A stretch of DNA of 64,000 nt from a virus (IMGVR_UViG_3300014039_000027:1-64000), one strand, 5' to 3'; numbered from the stretch's first letter, positions 1 through 8,318 are shown. Notes: generated by a model not told the origin, from the sequence alone. Program-made: numbers and translations.

Positions 1-345
1 CCCCAGCTCATTTTCGACCTGGCCCAGCTGGGCGTGGACCACATTGTCAACCTCAACGACGGCCACCGCCAGTTTGCCGACCACATCCTCTCCCTCCGCT
101 TCCCCGGCGTCTACGGGGCTGCCCTCGCCGCCGCCCTCAGCGAAAACGGCGTCATGGTCTCCACCGGCTCCGCCTGTTCCTCCGGCGACAACGCCGCCTC
201 CGCCAACCTCATGGCCAGCGGCCTTACCGAGCAGCAGGCGCTGGAGACCATCCGCTTCTCCTTCGACTGGTACAACACCCGCCAGGAGGCATCCGAGGCC
301 GCCGCCATCATCGCCAGACTCGTCCCCGCACTCCGCCGCGGCTAA
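1..345 (+). CDS. Cysteine desulfurase (NifS/IscS group), C-terminal part, truncated by window start
   Basis: Frame +1 is open from base 1; catalytic-Cys loop VSTGSACSSG followed by IRFSF, typical of group I cysteine desulfurases. Confidence 0.85.
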   Translation, partial: PQLIFDLAQLGVDHIVNLNDGHRQFADHILSLRFPGVYGAALAAALSENGVMVSTGSACSSGDNAASANLMASGLTEQQALETIRFSFDWYNTRQEASEAAAIIARLVPALRRG

Positions 346-370
346 ATTCCGAAAAATTTTCTCAGATCCC

Positions 371-400
371 TTGCATAAAATCAGCCTTTGCCGGTAGACT
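371..400 (+). promoter_or_regulatory. Putative sigmaA promoter for the 436-1955 operon
   Basis: TTGCAT-N18-TAGACT upstream of AAGGAGG RBS and ATG 436. Confidence 0.45.
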
Positions 401-435
401 ATACTATGACAAAAATCTACAAGGAGGACATACCT

Positions 436-723
436 ATGTCTATCAGACCGGAAAAACTCAAGCAGTACATCTCCCTCAAGGAGGTCGCCCTCGCCCTGCG
501 CGGCCACGCCACCGTTTCCTGCAATGATCCCAAGCCCGACAGCCGCAACGCCACCGTTTCCCTGGTGTTCCGCGCCCCCTTCGCCGCCACCGGCAAGGTA
601 CATACCGCCCTCTCCTCCCTCCACAGCTTCTCCGATGCCGTCTACTTCGCCACCAGCCAGATACGCCCGGAGCTGCTCCGCTTCACCTTCGCCGTGGAGG
701 ATATGCAGCGAAAGGAGTCCTGA
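436..723 (+). CDS. Hypothetical protein, 95 aa
   Basis: AAGGAGG RBS, ATG 436, codon style matches neighbours. Confidence 0.7.
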   Translation: MSIRPEKLKQYISLKEVALALRGHATVSCNDPKPDSRNATVSLVFRAPFAATGKVHTALSSLHSFSDAVYFATSQIRPELLRFTFAVEDMQRKES

Positions 724-728
724 CCCAT

Positions 729-902
729 ATGCTCGTCACCAACGTCGTCAAGCGCGAATACCCCTTCACCGTCCGCCGCAAGCGGGACGGCGAGGTGTTC
801 ACCATGCTCATCACCGCCGAGTCCGAGTCCGCCGCAAGGCTCCTCCTCCCCGACACCGTGGAGCTCGTTGCGCCGCAGGAACCCCGCAGAAAGGAGGAAT
901 GA
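729..902 (+). CDS. Hypothetical protein, 57 aa (MLVTNVVKREYPF...)
   Basis: Read by hand, below the ORF-track cutoff; AAGGAG RBS; fills the gap between 723 and 906. Confidence 0.6.
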   Translation: MLVTNVVKREYPFTVRRKRDGEVFTMLITAESESAARLLLPDTVELVAPQEPRRKEE

Positions 903-905
903 CCT

Positions 906-1955
906 GTGCCCCGCACCTCTGCCGCCGAGCGCAAGCTCTGCGCCGCCACCGACTCCTACCTCAAAAACTGCGCCGCCACCGGCGCTTCTCCCCGCACCGT
1001 CGAGGCGTACACCGCCACGCTGGAGAACTTCATGAACTTCTTTATCGAATCCAAGGAGAACTACGCCGACCCCACCTACGCCACCATCCTTTTGTGGCGC
1101 GATCACCTCATAGACTCCGGCTGCAGCAGCTACACCGTCGCCCTCTATGTCAACCGGCTCCGCAGCTTTTTTGATTACGCCAGCGACCCCGAGTGCGGCG
1201 GCTGGTACGCCAACAATCCTGTCTCTCGCCGCCTGACGCCCGACACCCGCAAGACTGCCCGCCGCCCCTACGACGTGCTCCTCACCGACCAGCAGGTGAT
1301 GAAGCTTTGGCGCAACGACAAGCCCACGAACGCCAAGGCGAAAACCTGGCCCCGGAACTACGCTATCGTCATCATGCTCCTGACCACCGAGCTCCGCAAC
1401 GCCGAGCTCCTGGACCTCACCCCCGCCGACCTCCATTGGGAGGACGGTGAGCTCTCCGTCGAAAGCGGCAAGGGCAGCAAATTCCGCCGCATCGAGTTCC
1501 CCGACATCGCCCAGTCCGCCGTCCGTATCTACCTGTCCAGCGGCATCCGCCCCAAGGGTCTCCCCGACACCGCCCCTCTGTTTGGGAATACCGCGCCCAA
1601 GGGTTCCTTTGGCCCCCGCAGCGGTGAAGCTGGCGGCACATGGCAGCGCGGTTCCCGCCAGTGGCTCTCCACCCTTGTGGAGTCCCACGTCCGGGCCGTC
1701 ACCGGCGTTCCCAACATCCGCAGCCACGACCTGCGTCACGTGGGTGCCCGCATCGACCTCAACGCCGGCATGGCGCAGGAGGAATTGCAGTCCAAGCTGG
1801 GCCACACCAACCCCAACGTCACCCAGCGCTATTCAGGCCGCCTCCTCTCCCGCACCGGCAAGCGCTCCGCCGCCCTCGTCCTTGAAGCCCGGGACCGTCA
1901 GGCGGACATCAACGCCGGGCTGCTTTCAGAGAGGATGGCCGTGCAGAATGTGTAA
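906..1955 (+). CDS. Tyrosine recombinase, XerC/D-like (second recombinase)
   Basis: N-terminal SAM-like domain (SPRTVEAY); catalytic motifs ELRNAEL, GKGSK, SHDLRH, LGH, TQRY. Confidence 0.9.
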   Translation: MPRTSAAERKLCAATDSYLKNCAATGASPRTVEAYTATLENFMNFFIESKENYADPTYATILLWRDHLIDSGCSSYTVALYVNRLRSFFDYASDPECGGWYANNPVSRRLTPDTRKTARRPYDVLLTDQQVMKLWRNDKPTNAKAKTWPRNYAIVIMLLTTELRNAELLDLTPADLHWEDGELSVESGKGSKFRRIEFPDIAQSAVRIYLSSGIRPKGLPDTAPLFGNTAPKGSFGPRSGEAGGTWQRGSRQWLSTLVESHVRAVTGVPNIRSHDLRHVGARIDLNAGMAQEELQSKLGHTNPNVTQRYSGRLLSRTGKRSAALVLEARDRQADINAGLLSERMAVQNV

Positions 1956-1971
1956 AAATCGTCGAAACTCA

Positions 1972-2000
1972 TTGACGCGCCTCCCCTTTCGTGTTACAGT
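1972..2000 (+). promoter_or_regulatory. sigmaA promoter with no ORF downstream
   Basis: TTGACG-N17-TACAGT with extended TG; predicted +1 at G2007. Confidence 0.55.
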
Positions 2001-2006
2001 AAATTT

Positions 2007-2110
2007 GATGCAGCCCCACGCCAACACACGCGGGGCTACATCTCCCCCTTTTAAGTCCTCCCGCCGCTGAGTGTTACCCCCTTTCACTCCCGGCGGGAGG
2101 CACCTTTTTA
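2007..2110 (+). ncRNA. Candidate small RNA (two hairpins, CCCCCUUU motifs, U-tail)
   Basis: Stem 2007-2017/2032-2042; stem 2057-2066/2091-2100 with inner GAGTG/CACTC; CCCCCTTT in linker and loop; T-run after. Confidence 0.45.
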
Positions 2111-2178
2111 TTTCGCCCATAAGCGCCCTCTGCGGCGCTTCTTTTTGTCCCGTCAAACTACCCTCCCATTAAAATAGA

Positions 2179-2215
2179 AAGCCCCCTGTGACGCGCTGTG
2201 CGCCGCAGGGGGCTT
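2179..2215 (-). terminator. Intrinsic terminator of the lysis cassette
   Basis: 10-bp stem AAGCCCCCTG/CAGGGGGCTT followed by T-rich tail on the minus strand. Confidence 0.7.
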
Positions 2216-2263
2216 ATTCTTATTTCTCCGGTCGGTTTGCCTATCGGCTTCTGCGCTCCCCGG

Positions 2264-3523
2264 TCACTTCACGATCTCCCACGTGCCGCTTTTCCCGTCC
2301 GCGCTCCGCGTCACCTTCACGGTGTACGTTTCGGTCACGCCCGGCTCTTCCGGCTCCTCCGGCTGTTCCGGCTCCGCAGGCTGCTCCGGCTCCACGTATT
2401 CCAGTCCGCAGAAGGTACACAGCGCCTTGCAGTCCGCCACGGCGCACTCCTCCATGTGCTCGTGGAACCACGCCGCGTCCTCCGGATTGTCGTGGTACAC
2501 GTGCTCCATGTACACGGCGTAGGCGTTGGTGTCGTCCAGCTCGTGCAGGTCGCTCCGGGTCGTGGTCCGGCAGCCGTAGGGGTATATCTCCTTCCGGTAC
2601 TTCACCATCAGCTCCGCCAGTTTCTTCCCGTTGGCGCTGCTGGGATGGTACATCGCCAAAAATCCCTTTGCCGTGCCCTTTCCGGTGGGGCCGGTGGTGC
2701 TTCCGTTGGTGTGGGACACATAATGCACCTTTGCGCCCCACTCGTTGCTCTCCTTGATGGCGCGGTACATATAGTCCGGGCCGTATTCGTCGCTCATGGG
2801 CGTCCGCCGGGGGCCGCGCATCAGGTCAAAGCCGCAGCGCTCCAGCATGGGCTGCAAAATGTCCAGATACTCGTTGTTCTCCAGCGTTTCATAGCACTGC
2901 TGACCATCAGGCCGCTTATAGCAGCACTCGTTGGCCTGATGGTACGCCGGGGACAGGTAGATCTTCGGCTTCTCCGCCGGCGCGTCCTCATCGCTGTCCT
3001 GATAATCCGGGTAGCCGAAGGTGTACGTAGACTTCACGCTGGCATACTCCTTCTCGTACACGCCGCCGCCGTTGCTCACCACGCCGCTTTGCGGGCTGGT
3101 GTTGCCCTCGATGGTGCGGAAGCCCTTGCCCACGATCTCCGTCACGATGCCCGTGTGGTCGTCGCCGAAGAATACCTGTGCGCCCACCTTGGGGGTGCTG
3201 CCCAGCTGCCCCGCCGCCTTGAAGTAGCGCTTCAAATAGTACACGCCAGCGCCCAGCGAATCATCCGGTAGGTTCTGCAGCCGCTTTGCCTCCTCCACGC
3301 CGAACGCCTGCACGTTCACCCACGCCACGAACGTGGTACACCACGGGTACCCCTGCTTCGCCCCGTTGTAGAAATGGGGGATAGCGTCAATGTCCCGCGC
3401 GTACTTCGTGTAGTTCTTATCCCCGGCATTGGCGGTCTTGCTATCCAGCTGCGCGTTGGATGCCTTCTCCAGATAGCCCAGCTCCGCCCGGGCTATCTGG
3501 ATGGCCTTACTTGCGCCGTTCAT
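2264..3523 (-). CDS. Endolysin, CHAP-like plus Amidase_3-like domains
   Basis: YPWCTTFV, DHTGIV and TIEGNT (CHAP); IYLSPAYH, VSHTN, VYMEHVYHDN (Zn amidase); EPEQP repeat tail; follows holin. Confidence 0.85.
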   Translation of the reverse strand: MNGASKAIQIARAELGYLEKASNAQLDSKTANAGDKNYTKYARDIDAIPHFYNGAKQGYPWCTTFVAWVNVQAFGVEEAKRLQNLPDDSLGAGVYYLKRYFKAAGQLGSTPKVGAQVFFGDDHTGIVTEIVGKGFRTIEGNTSPQSGVVSNGGGVYEKEYASVKSTYTFGYPDYQDSDEDAPAEKPKIYLSPAYHQANECCYKRPDGQQCYETLENNEYLDILQPMLERCGFDLMRGPRRTPMSDEYGPDYMYRAIKESNEWGAKVHYVSHTNGSTTGPTGKGTAKGFLAMYHPSSANGKKLAELMVKYRKEIYPYGCRTTTRSDLHELDDTNAYAVYMEHVYHDNPEDAAWFHEHMEECAVADCKALCTFCGLEYVEPEQPAEPEQPEEPEEPGVTETYTVKVTRSADGKSGTWEIVK

Positions 3524-3741
3524 GCCGCTTCCTCCAGATCCTTTTCCTTCTTATAGCTGGCGCTGGAAATGCCCAGCACGGCACCCAGGAAAACGGTGAT
3601 GCAGGAAATGGTGCTCACGATCTGCTCCGCATAGGGCCAGCCCCAGATACCGGCCAGACCGGAGTACAGCGCCGCAATGGCGGGCAGCACGATGATAACG
3701 CACCACTTGATGATGTCATACATACGATTGCTCAGCTTCAT
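3520..3741 (-). CDS. Holin, Dp-1-like
   Basis: 73 aa, two hydrophobic helices, MKLSNRMYDIIKW start, overlaps lysin start. Confidence 0.8.
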   Translation of the reverse strand: MKLSNRMYDIIKWCVIIVLPAIAALYSGLAGIWGWPYAEQIVSTISCITVFLGAVLGISSASYKKEKDLEEAA

Positions 3742-3759
3742 AATTCGTCCTTTCCGGCT

Positions 3760-4068
3760 CTACGCCTCTCTCTTGATGGGCAGCTTCCTCACTTCCTCCA
3801 TGACCCTTTTTGCGCTGCCGTTGCCGCCCATCTTTTCATACGGCACATACAGGTAATCATTGAGGTTTTCATACTCATCCTGCGTGATGTACCCCCGCGT
3901 AACGTACACCATGCCCAGATGCACGATGCGGTCATGCGCCAGCCCTACCAGCATTTTGCGCTCCGCGTCGTTCTTATCCCGCCGCTTTCCTATCAGCGCC
4001 CACAGCCCATTGCTTGCCAGCACCGCCAGCACAATGGGCAGCAGCACCTCCTTGACCCACGGTTCCAT
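3760..4068 (-). CDS. Lysis-module membrane protein, 102 aa
   Basis: N-terminal hydrophobic helix; YEKMGGNG motif; directly upstream of holin. Confidence 0.65.
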   Translation of the reverse strand: MEPWVKEVLLPIVLAVLASNGLWALIGKRRDKNDAERKMLVGLAHDRIVHLGMVYVTRGYITQDEYENLNDYLYVPYEKMGGNGSAKRVMEEVRKLPIKREA

Positions 4069-4170
4069 TCGCCGCGTTCTCCTCTCAAATTATTTTTGCC
4101 CTTCGACACGTTTCGCCCTTTTGTGACACGCCCCCTGTGCTATGCTGCTTGCTGAAAGGAGGTGTTCCGT

Positions 4171-4386
4171 ATGGACGAGTATTTCACCCTGTTTAACGCC
4201 GTCACCGACGTTATTGCCCAGCTTGAGCAGACCGTGGCCGCGCTGAAACAGGCGCAAATCAATGCCGAAGAAGCCTACATCCGGCGGGGGGGAGTAAATC
4301 TCCCCGCCCTTTATTCTGCGTACACGCTCTCGATCAGGCTGCACAGCTCCGTGTACTCCTCGTCCGTAATGCGTCCCACGGCGTAA
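4171..4386 (+). CDS. Small hypothetical protein, opposite strand; G7 tract at 4286-4292
   Basis: AAGGAGGT RBS and extended -10 TGcTATGCT; one G fewer would end it as IRRGE* at the hairpin. Confidence 0.55.
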   Translation: MDEYFTLFNAVTDVIAQLEQTVAALKQAQINAEEAYIRRGGVNLPALYSAYTLSIRLHSSVYSSSVMRPTA

Positions 4387-4466
4387 AACACGTCGCACTT
4401 CTGCTGTGCCTCCTCACGGGTCTTGTAGAACCGCTTGTTGATGAGCTTCGTCATGATGTTGTACAT
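4311..4466 (-). CDS. XkdX-like small phage protein, 51 aa
   Basis: Read by hand: MYNIMTKLINKRFY...VGRITDEEYTEL; AAGGAG RBS. Confidence 0.6.
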   Translation of the reverse strand: MYNIMTKLINKRFYKTREEAQQKCDVFYAVGRITDEEYTELCSLIESVYAE

Positions 4467-4481
4467 AGTCGCTCTCCTTTC

Positions 4482-4769
4482 TTAGCCGATGTTGTCCATA
4501 TCCGCCTGATAGATGGTTTCCACAGCCTCGCCCAGCTGCTGCGTCAACGTTTCTGCTTCCGAGATAAGCCCTGCGACAAGCTCTGCGCCGTTAACGCGCT
4601 CCACGCTTCCGTTGATGACCTGTATGGTCTCTCCGTCGCCTGTGGCATCCACTGCGTAGCCCTCGCGTTCGCTTTCGTCGCACAGGACGTAGCTGCCGTT
4701 TTCTGCGATTTTTACTGGGTTTGCCGCTTCGCTGTAAAATGTCTCGCCGCCTGTATTCACCTTGTACAT
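4482..4769 (-). CDS. Hypothetical protein, 95 aa
   Basis: GAGGTG RBS before ATG 4769; tight packing. Confidence 0.6.
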   Translation of the reverse strand: MYKVNTGGETFYSEAANPVKIAENGSYVLCDESEREGYAVDATGDGETIQVINGSVERVNGAELVAGLISEAETLTQQLGEAVETIYQADMDNIG

Positions 4770-4918
4770 TCTTTCACCTCGCTTTCCAGCATCGCTAAAT
4801 CTTTTTCGTATTTGTCGGCCTCCGTATGCTGCCCTATGATTGCCGCCTGTTCCCGGCATATAGTCAGCAGCTCTGCACATACACCGGCCAGCTTTTCAAT
4901 GGTCTCCTGCAAGGGCAT
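4757..4918 (-). CDS. Hypothetical protein, 53 aa, overlapping RT stop
   Basis: MPLQETIEKL...; overlaps both neighbours. Confidence 0.5.
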   Translation of the reverse strand: MPLQETIEKLAGVCAELLTICREQAAIIGQHTEADKYEKDLAMLESEVKECTR

Positions 4919-6044
4919 AGCGCCAGCCCTCCTTATCCGGGTAAAAACCAAATATGCTTTTAAAGTATTCCGCCGACTTTCGCACGACCTTATGGCTGTT
5001 CCCCCGGCTCATGTGACCGCAATAGGAAGCCCAGACCGGGCGCACATCTGCAAGTGAAATTTTCCCAGCGTTTACCATCTTTTGGAGCTTTGGCAATTTC
5101 TTACGCAGACGCGCCGTAGCCTCACGCCCCATTCGCATTTTCACGCCGCCGTCCGGTTTTGTGTGGTACCGGCACTTAAGAAAAACAGACTTCTCTACGG
5201 GCGATATGCCCGTTTTCTTTTCGTTCACCACAATGCCGATTTCTGATGCCTTGCGGCGTATTTCTGCTAAACACGCTTCCAAATACGCCCGGCTTTCGTG
5301 CATAGCGTATCCGTCATCGTTATACCGCCCGTACCCTTTCAGTCGTAGTTTATCCTTGCATAGGTGGTCAATAGGGGATGCCAGTAGCAGCGCGCAAGTT
5401 TGCGATACCTGGCTGCCCAGCCCCAACCCCTTGTTGCCAAAATCCCGCACAAACCGGCTCACCTCGTCTGCTACGCGCTGGTCGTGAAACAGCCTGCGAT
5501 TTGCCTCAAAAATCGGCTCATGTGGTGCCGTATCAAAGAATTTACGGAAGTCGTACCGCAGCACATAGCCGCCCCGCTTTGCCTGCTTTGAAATTTGCTG
5601 CTTGTACCGCCGCATAGCAAAATCCATTCCTTTACCGCTTAGACTGGCGGAGTTGTCGTAAATGAACGTTGCTCGGTATATCGGCGTCAGCGCATAGTCG
5701 CACAGGCATTTTTGCACAACGCGCTCTGAGATATGTACCGCGCGGATACACCGCGCTTTCCCCCTTTCATGCACCACAAACTCGTGAAATCCTTTATGCT
5801 TGAACGTTCCGTTCATTACTTCGGTGTGTATGTCTGCTACGCGCACCAGCATATTGTTCATCAGGCTTTGCGTACTGGCTTTCCATTTCACGCCTTTGCA
5901 GCATTTCTTGGCGGATTTCCATAGGTGCATAAAACTGAATACTTCTTCAAAGCCGCCACACGCCATGCTCCGTTCTATACATTTGCGCTCTCGTTCAGCC
6001 TTCCGTCTGCGGTATCTCTTTTCTCGTCTTTCTGCGTTTGTCAA
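4896..6044 (-). CDS. DGR reverse transcriptase
   Basis: RYNDDG (YxDD) and GLGLGSQVSQ (DGR-type SQ motif); likely TTG start at 6044 with GGAGG RBS; adjacent to TR and avd. Confidence 0.93.
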   Translation of the reverse strand: MTNAERREKRYRRRKAERERKCIERSMACGGFEEVFSFMHLWKSAKKCCKGVKWKASTQSLMNNMLVRVADIHTEVMNGTFKHKGFHEFVVHERGKARCIRAVHISERVVQKCLCDYALTPIYRATFIYDNSASLSGKGMDFAMRRYKQQISKQAKRGGYVLRYDFRKFFDTAPHEPIFEANRRLFHDQRVADEVSRFVRDFGNKGLGLGSQVSQTCALLLASPIDHLCKDKLRLKGYGRYNDDGYAMHESRAYLEACLAEIRRKASEIGIVVNEKKTGISPVEKSVFLKCRYHTKPDGGVKMRMGREATARLRKKLPKLQKMVNAGKISLADVRPVWASYCGHMSRGNSHKVVRKSAEYFKSIFGFYPDKEGWRYALAGDH

Positions 6045-6244
6045 TATGCGCCTCCGTACAGTCTTATTGTCGGGTGCGGATTCTAACTGCGTAGTAGCCG
6101 CCATGAAACCGGGTGCCGCACACCCACCGGCCATGCACGTCAGCGTCCGGCGGCGTATCATCAGGGGCGAGTTTAACGGGTAAAGCGCTCCTTCGCTCAA
6201 AGCGTCGTTTTCAGCATTTGCCTACTAAGTCCTGCCTGTGCAGA

Positions 6245-6375
6245 GCGAATCCGGGGACAACGCCATTCGAGTTGCTGGCGTTGTTGTTGTTGATGCTGCC
6301 GCTGGTGTTGACATTGTAGAAGTTCGTCGTGTTGTCGAAGACCGCGTCACGCAACCACCAATTCACCGCAGAACC
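6245..6375 (-). repeat. DGR template repeat (TR), 131 bp
   Basis: Ungapped match to 6916-7046; 11 AAC/AAT codons; all 14 differences fall on TR adenines. Confidence 0.97.
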
Positions 6376-6426
6376 TCCCGCCGACACCACCGCCGCACAG
6401 ATACAGCGCTTTTCCTATATAAAGGC

Positions 6427-6852
6427 TCACGTCAAGCCCTTATACCGTTCCTTGTCGCTTTTCCGTACTTTGCCGATCAATTTCGCCTCCGCGCTGATAA
6501 GCTCTCCGTGTTTTTGCATGGCGTTTGCCACCCATTTATAGCGTTCTTCGTCATTGATAAGCTCCTCATATAGGTCTTCCAAATCGTCCGTAAGGTTTTG
6601 CAAAACCACGTTGGCGCGTCCCAAATAATCGGCACGTATCTGCGCCTCGTGCGCATTGTGTACGAACGTGTTGTTGGCGGCCTTTACGCTGTGCAATACC
6701 TCTCGCGCTTCTTCATAAATGGGCGCAAGAAGGAAAAACTGCAATCGCTTTGGGCACTTTTTGACCACTGTAAGCGTGTGCTGTTTCAGCTCTCTTGCCG
6801 TTTGGATAAACTGCATGGACGATTCGCCGCGTTGGCTCTTGGGTACGGACAT
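6427..6852 (-). CDS. avd: DGR accessory variability determinant
   Basis: 141-aa helical protein starting MSVPKSQRGESS, between target gene and TR. Confidence 0.85.
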   Translation of the reverse strand: MSVPKSQRGESSMQFIQTARELKQHTLTVVKKCPKRLQFFLLAPIYEEAREVLHSVKAANNTFVHNAHEAQIRADYLGRANVVLQNLTDDLEDLYEELINDEERYKWVANAMQKHGELISAEAKLIGKVRKSDKERYKGLT

Positions 6853-6866
6853 AGCGTTTCCTTCCC

Positions 6867-6895
6867 GCCACCGCCCCATTTGAGGGGCGGATGGC
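6867..6895 (-). promoter_or_regulatory. DGR target-recognition hairpin downstream of VR
   Basis: CCGCCCC-ATTTGA-GGGGCGG, extendable by GCCA/TGGC, about 20 nt after the target stop. Confidence 0.75.
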
Positions 6896-6908
6896 TTTTG
6901 ATGATAGA

Positions 6909-7889
6909 TTAAAATGCGAAGCCGGGGACAACGCCATACGAGTAGCTGGCGGAGTAGTTGTAGATGCTGCCGCTGGTGTAGACAAGGTAGAAGTACGTCG
7001 TGGAGTCGAAGACCGCGTCACGCAACCACCAAGTCACCGCAGAACCGGAAGCGTTGTTTTTGATCTTACTGTTGCCCGCAGCGTACCAGTTGTAGCCGCT
7101 GGTTCCCACATCGTTTTGGCTGTGTATCGCCAGTGTGTCTGTTGTTTGTTGGTTTGTGTTGGTGTTCGTTTTGCTGACGAGACTGCGCGCTTTAAGCGCC
7201 GCTTTCCACGCCGAGGGTATCGTATTGAGCAATGTCGTCATTGTGGAAGTTCGCATCAGCGAGGCGTTCCATCCCCCATCGCTTGTATTGCTGTTGTTCA
7301 TAGGGGCGCTGCTCACCGTTGTGACTGTGTCAAACGTCATGCCGCATTTCCCGGTCGCCGTTTCGCCTCCGTATGCCGCCGCATCCGCCAGCGTATCGGT
7401 GTTAAAGCTGATAAGCCGTGCCTGTACCGTGGTGTTGTTGATGGAAAAACTCATCGTGTCGCCGATGGTCAGTTTGCGACTGTCCGAGCCAAAGTCCAGA
7501 TATACCACGCTTGTGGTGCGCGATATAGCACTGTTGTTGGAAATGGCCTCCGCATACAGCGCCATCAGGTCGGGCGTCACGCCAGCCAAACCGTTGGCGT
7601 ATGTCACCCCGGCGGTTGCGCTCGTGTTTGCCACAGGCCGCAGCGGCAGCTCTATGACGGGGGGTGCGGGGTATGTTTTGATCGGGCTTTCCTTGCCGTT
7701 CAGCGTGGCTACGATAGACCACGTCCCCGCCTTGTTCAGTTTCAGCGTCGCTTTGCCGTCGCTGTCAGCTACAGCGGTGACAGAACTTGTCCCCAGCGTC
7801 GCGGTCACAGTCGCATTGGCGGAAGTCTCCACAATGTACCCCGCCCCACTTCCGCCTCCTGCTACCAGCGACCTACCGATAATTACCAT
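6909..7889 (-). CDS. DGR target: putative receptor-binding protein, Ig-like N-terminus and C-type-lectin-fold (DUF6273-like) C-terminus
   Basis: VR at the 3' end; MNNSNTSDGGWNAS and WWLRD...GVVPGF motifs; last gene of the tail module. Confidence 0.85.
   Translation of the reverse strand: MVIIGRSLVAGGGSGAGYIVETSANATVTATLGTSSVTAVADSDGKATLKLNKAGTWSIVATLNGKESPIKTYPAPPVIELPLRPVANTSATAGVTYANGLAGVTPDLMALYAEAISNNSAISRTTSVVYLDFGSDSRKLTIGDTMSFSINNTTVQARLISFNTDTLADAAAYGGETATGKCGMTFDTVTTVSSAPMNNSNTSDGGWNASLMRTSTMTTLLNTIPSAWKAALKARSLVSKTNTNTNQQTTDTLAIHSQNDVGTSGYNWYAAGNSKIKNNASGSAVTWWLRDAVFDSTTYFYLVYTSGSIYNYSASYSYGVVPGFAF
6916..7046 (-). repeat. DGR variable repeat (VR)
   Basis: Encodes GSAVTWWLRD...SYSYGVVPGF; differs from TR only at TR adenines. 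Confidence 0.97.
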
Positions 7890-7891
7890 CG

Positions 7892-8290
7892 TTAACTAAC
7901 CTCCTTCACGTCGTACACCGTCGCCTGAATACTCAGGTCAGCGGTGGGTTTTTCGCCCACAGCGTAGGCGGTGAATGTTCCGTTGTTGTTGGCGATGTAG
8001 ATGGCGTTGGTGCCATCGTCCAGCATCTGCTGTATCGCCGTTGCGTCCGCCTGAATGTCCGCCTGACTGGTGGCCGTGCCGCCGGAGATGGTCACGGCTT
8101 GGGTGTAGGGGCTTTCGCTCCCCGTCCAGCTTGCCGCCGCCAGCGTCAGCGATAGCTTGTCCGTGATGTCCTGCTTGTCCGGGAACCCTTCGCTCAGCTC
8201 CTCCACCTCGTTGCACAGCGCGTTCAGGTTCTCCGCGTTCAGTGCAGGCGGCGCGTCGTTGTTCCATCCGGGGTTCGTGTAACCTGCCAT
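7892..8290 (-). CDS. Tail fibre adaptor-like protein, 132 aa
   Basis: PALNAENLN and SWTGSESPYTQAV motifs; directly upstream of DGR target. Confidence 0.55.
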   Translation of the reverse strand: MAGYTNPGWNNDAPPALNAENLNALCNEVEELSEGFPDKQDITDKLSLTLAAASWTGSESPYTQAVTISGGTATSQADIQADATAIQQMLDDGTNAIYIANNNGTFTAYAVGEKPTADLSIQATVYDVKEVS

Positions 8291-8318
8291 ATCGTCCCTC
8301 GCTCCTTTCGTCTTGTGT

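Noticed and set aside
1898-1972. 24-aa minus-strand ORF MSFDDFYTFCTAIL... with a strong RBS as a type I toxin
   Set aside because: Overlaps the recombinase 3' end, lacks a full TM helix and basic tail, and has no clear promoter; weak support only
6238-7895. Plus-strand ORFs 6238-6573 and 6891-7895 with near-identical N-termini, resembling a gene duplication
   Set aside because: They are antisense translations of the TR and VR repeats
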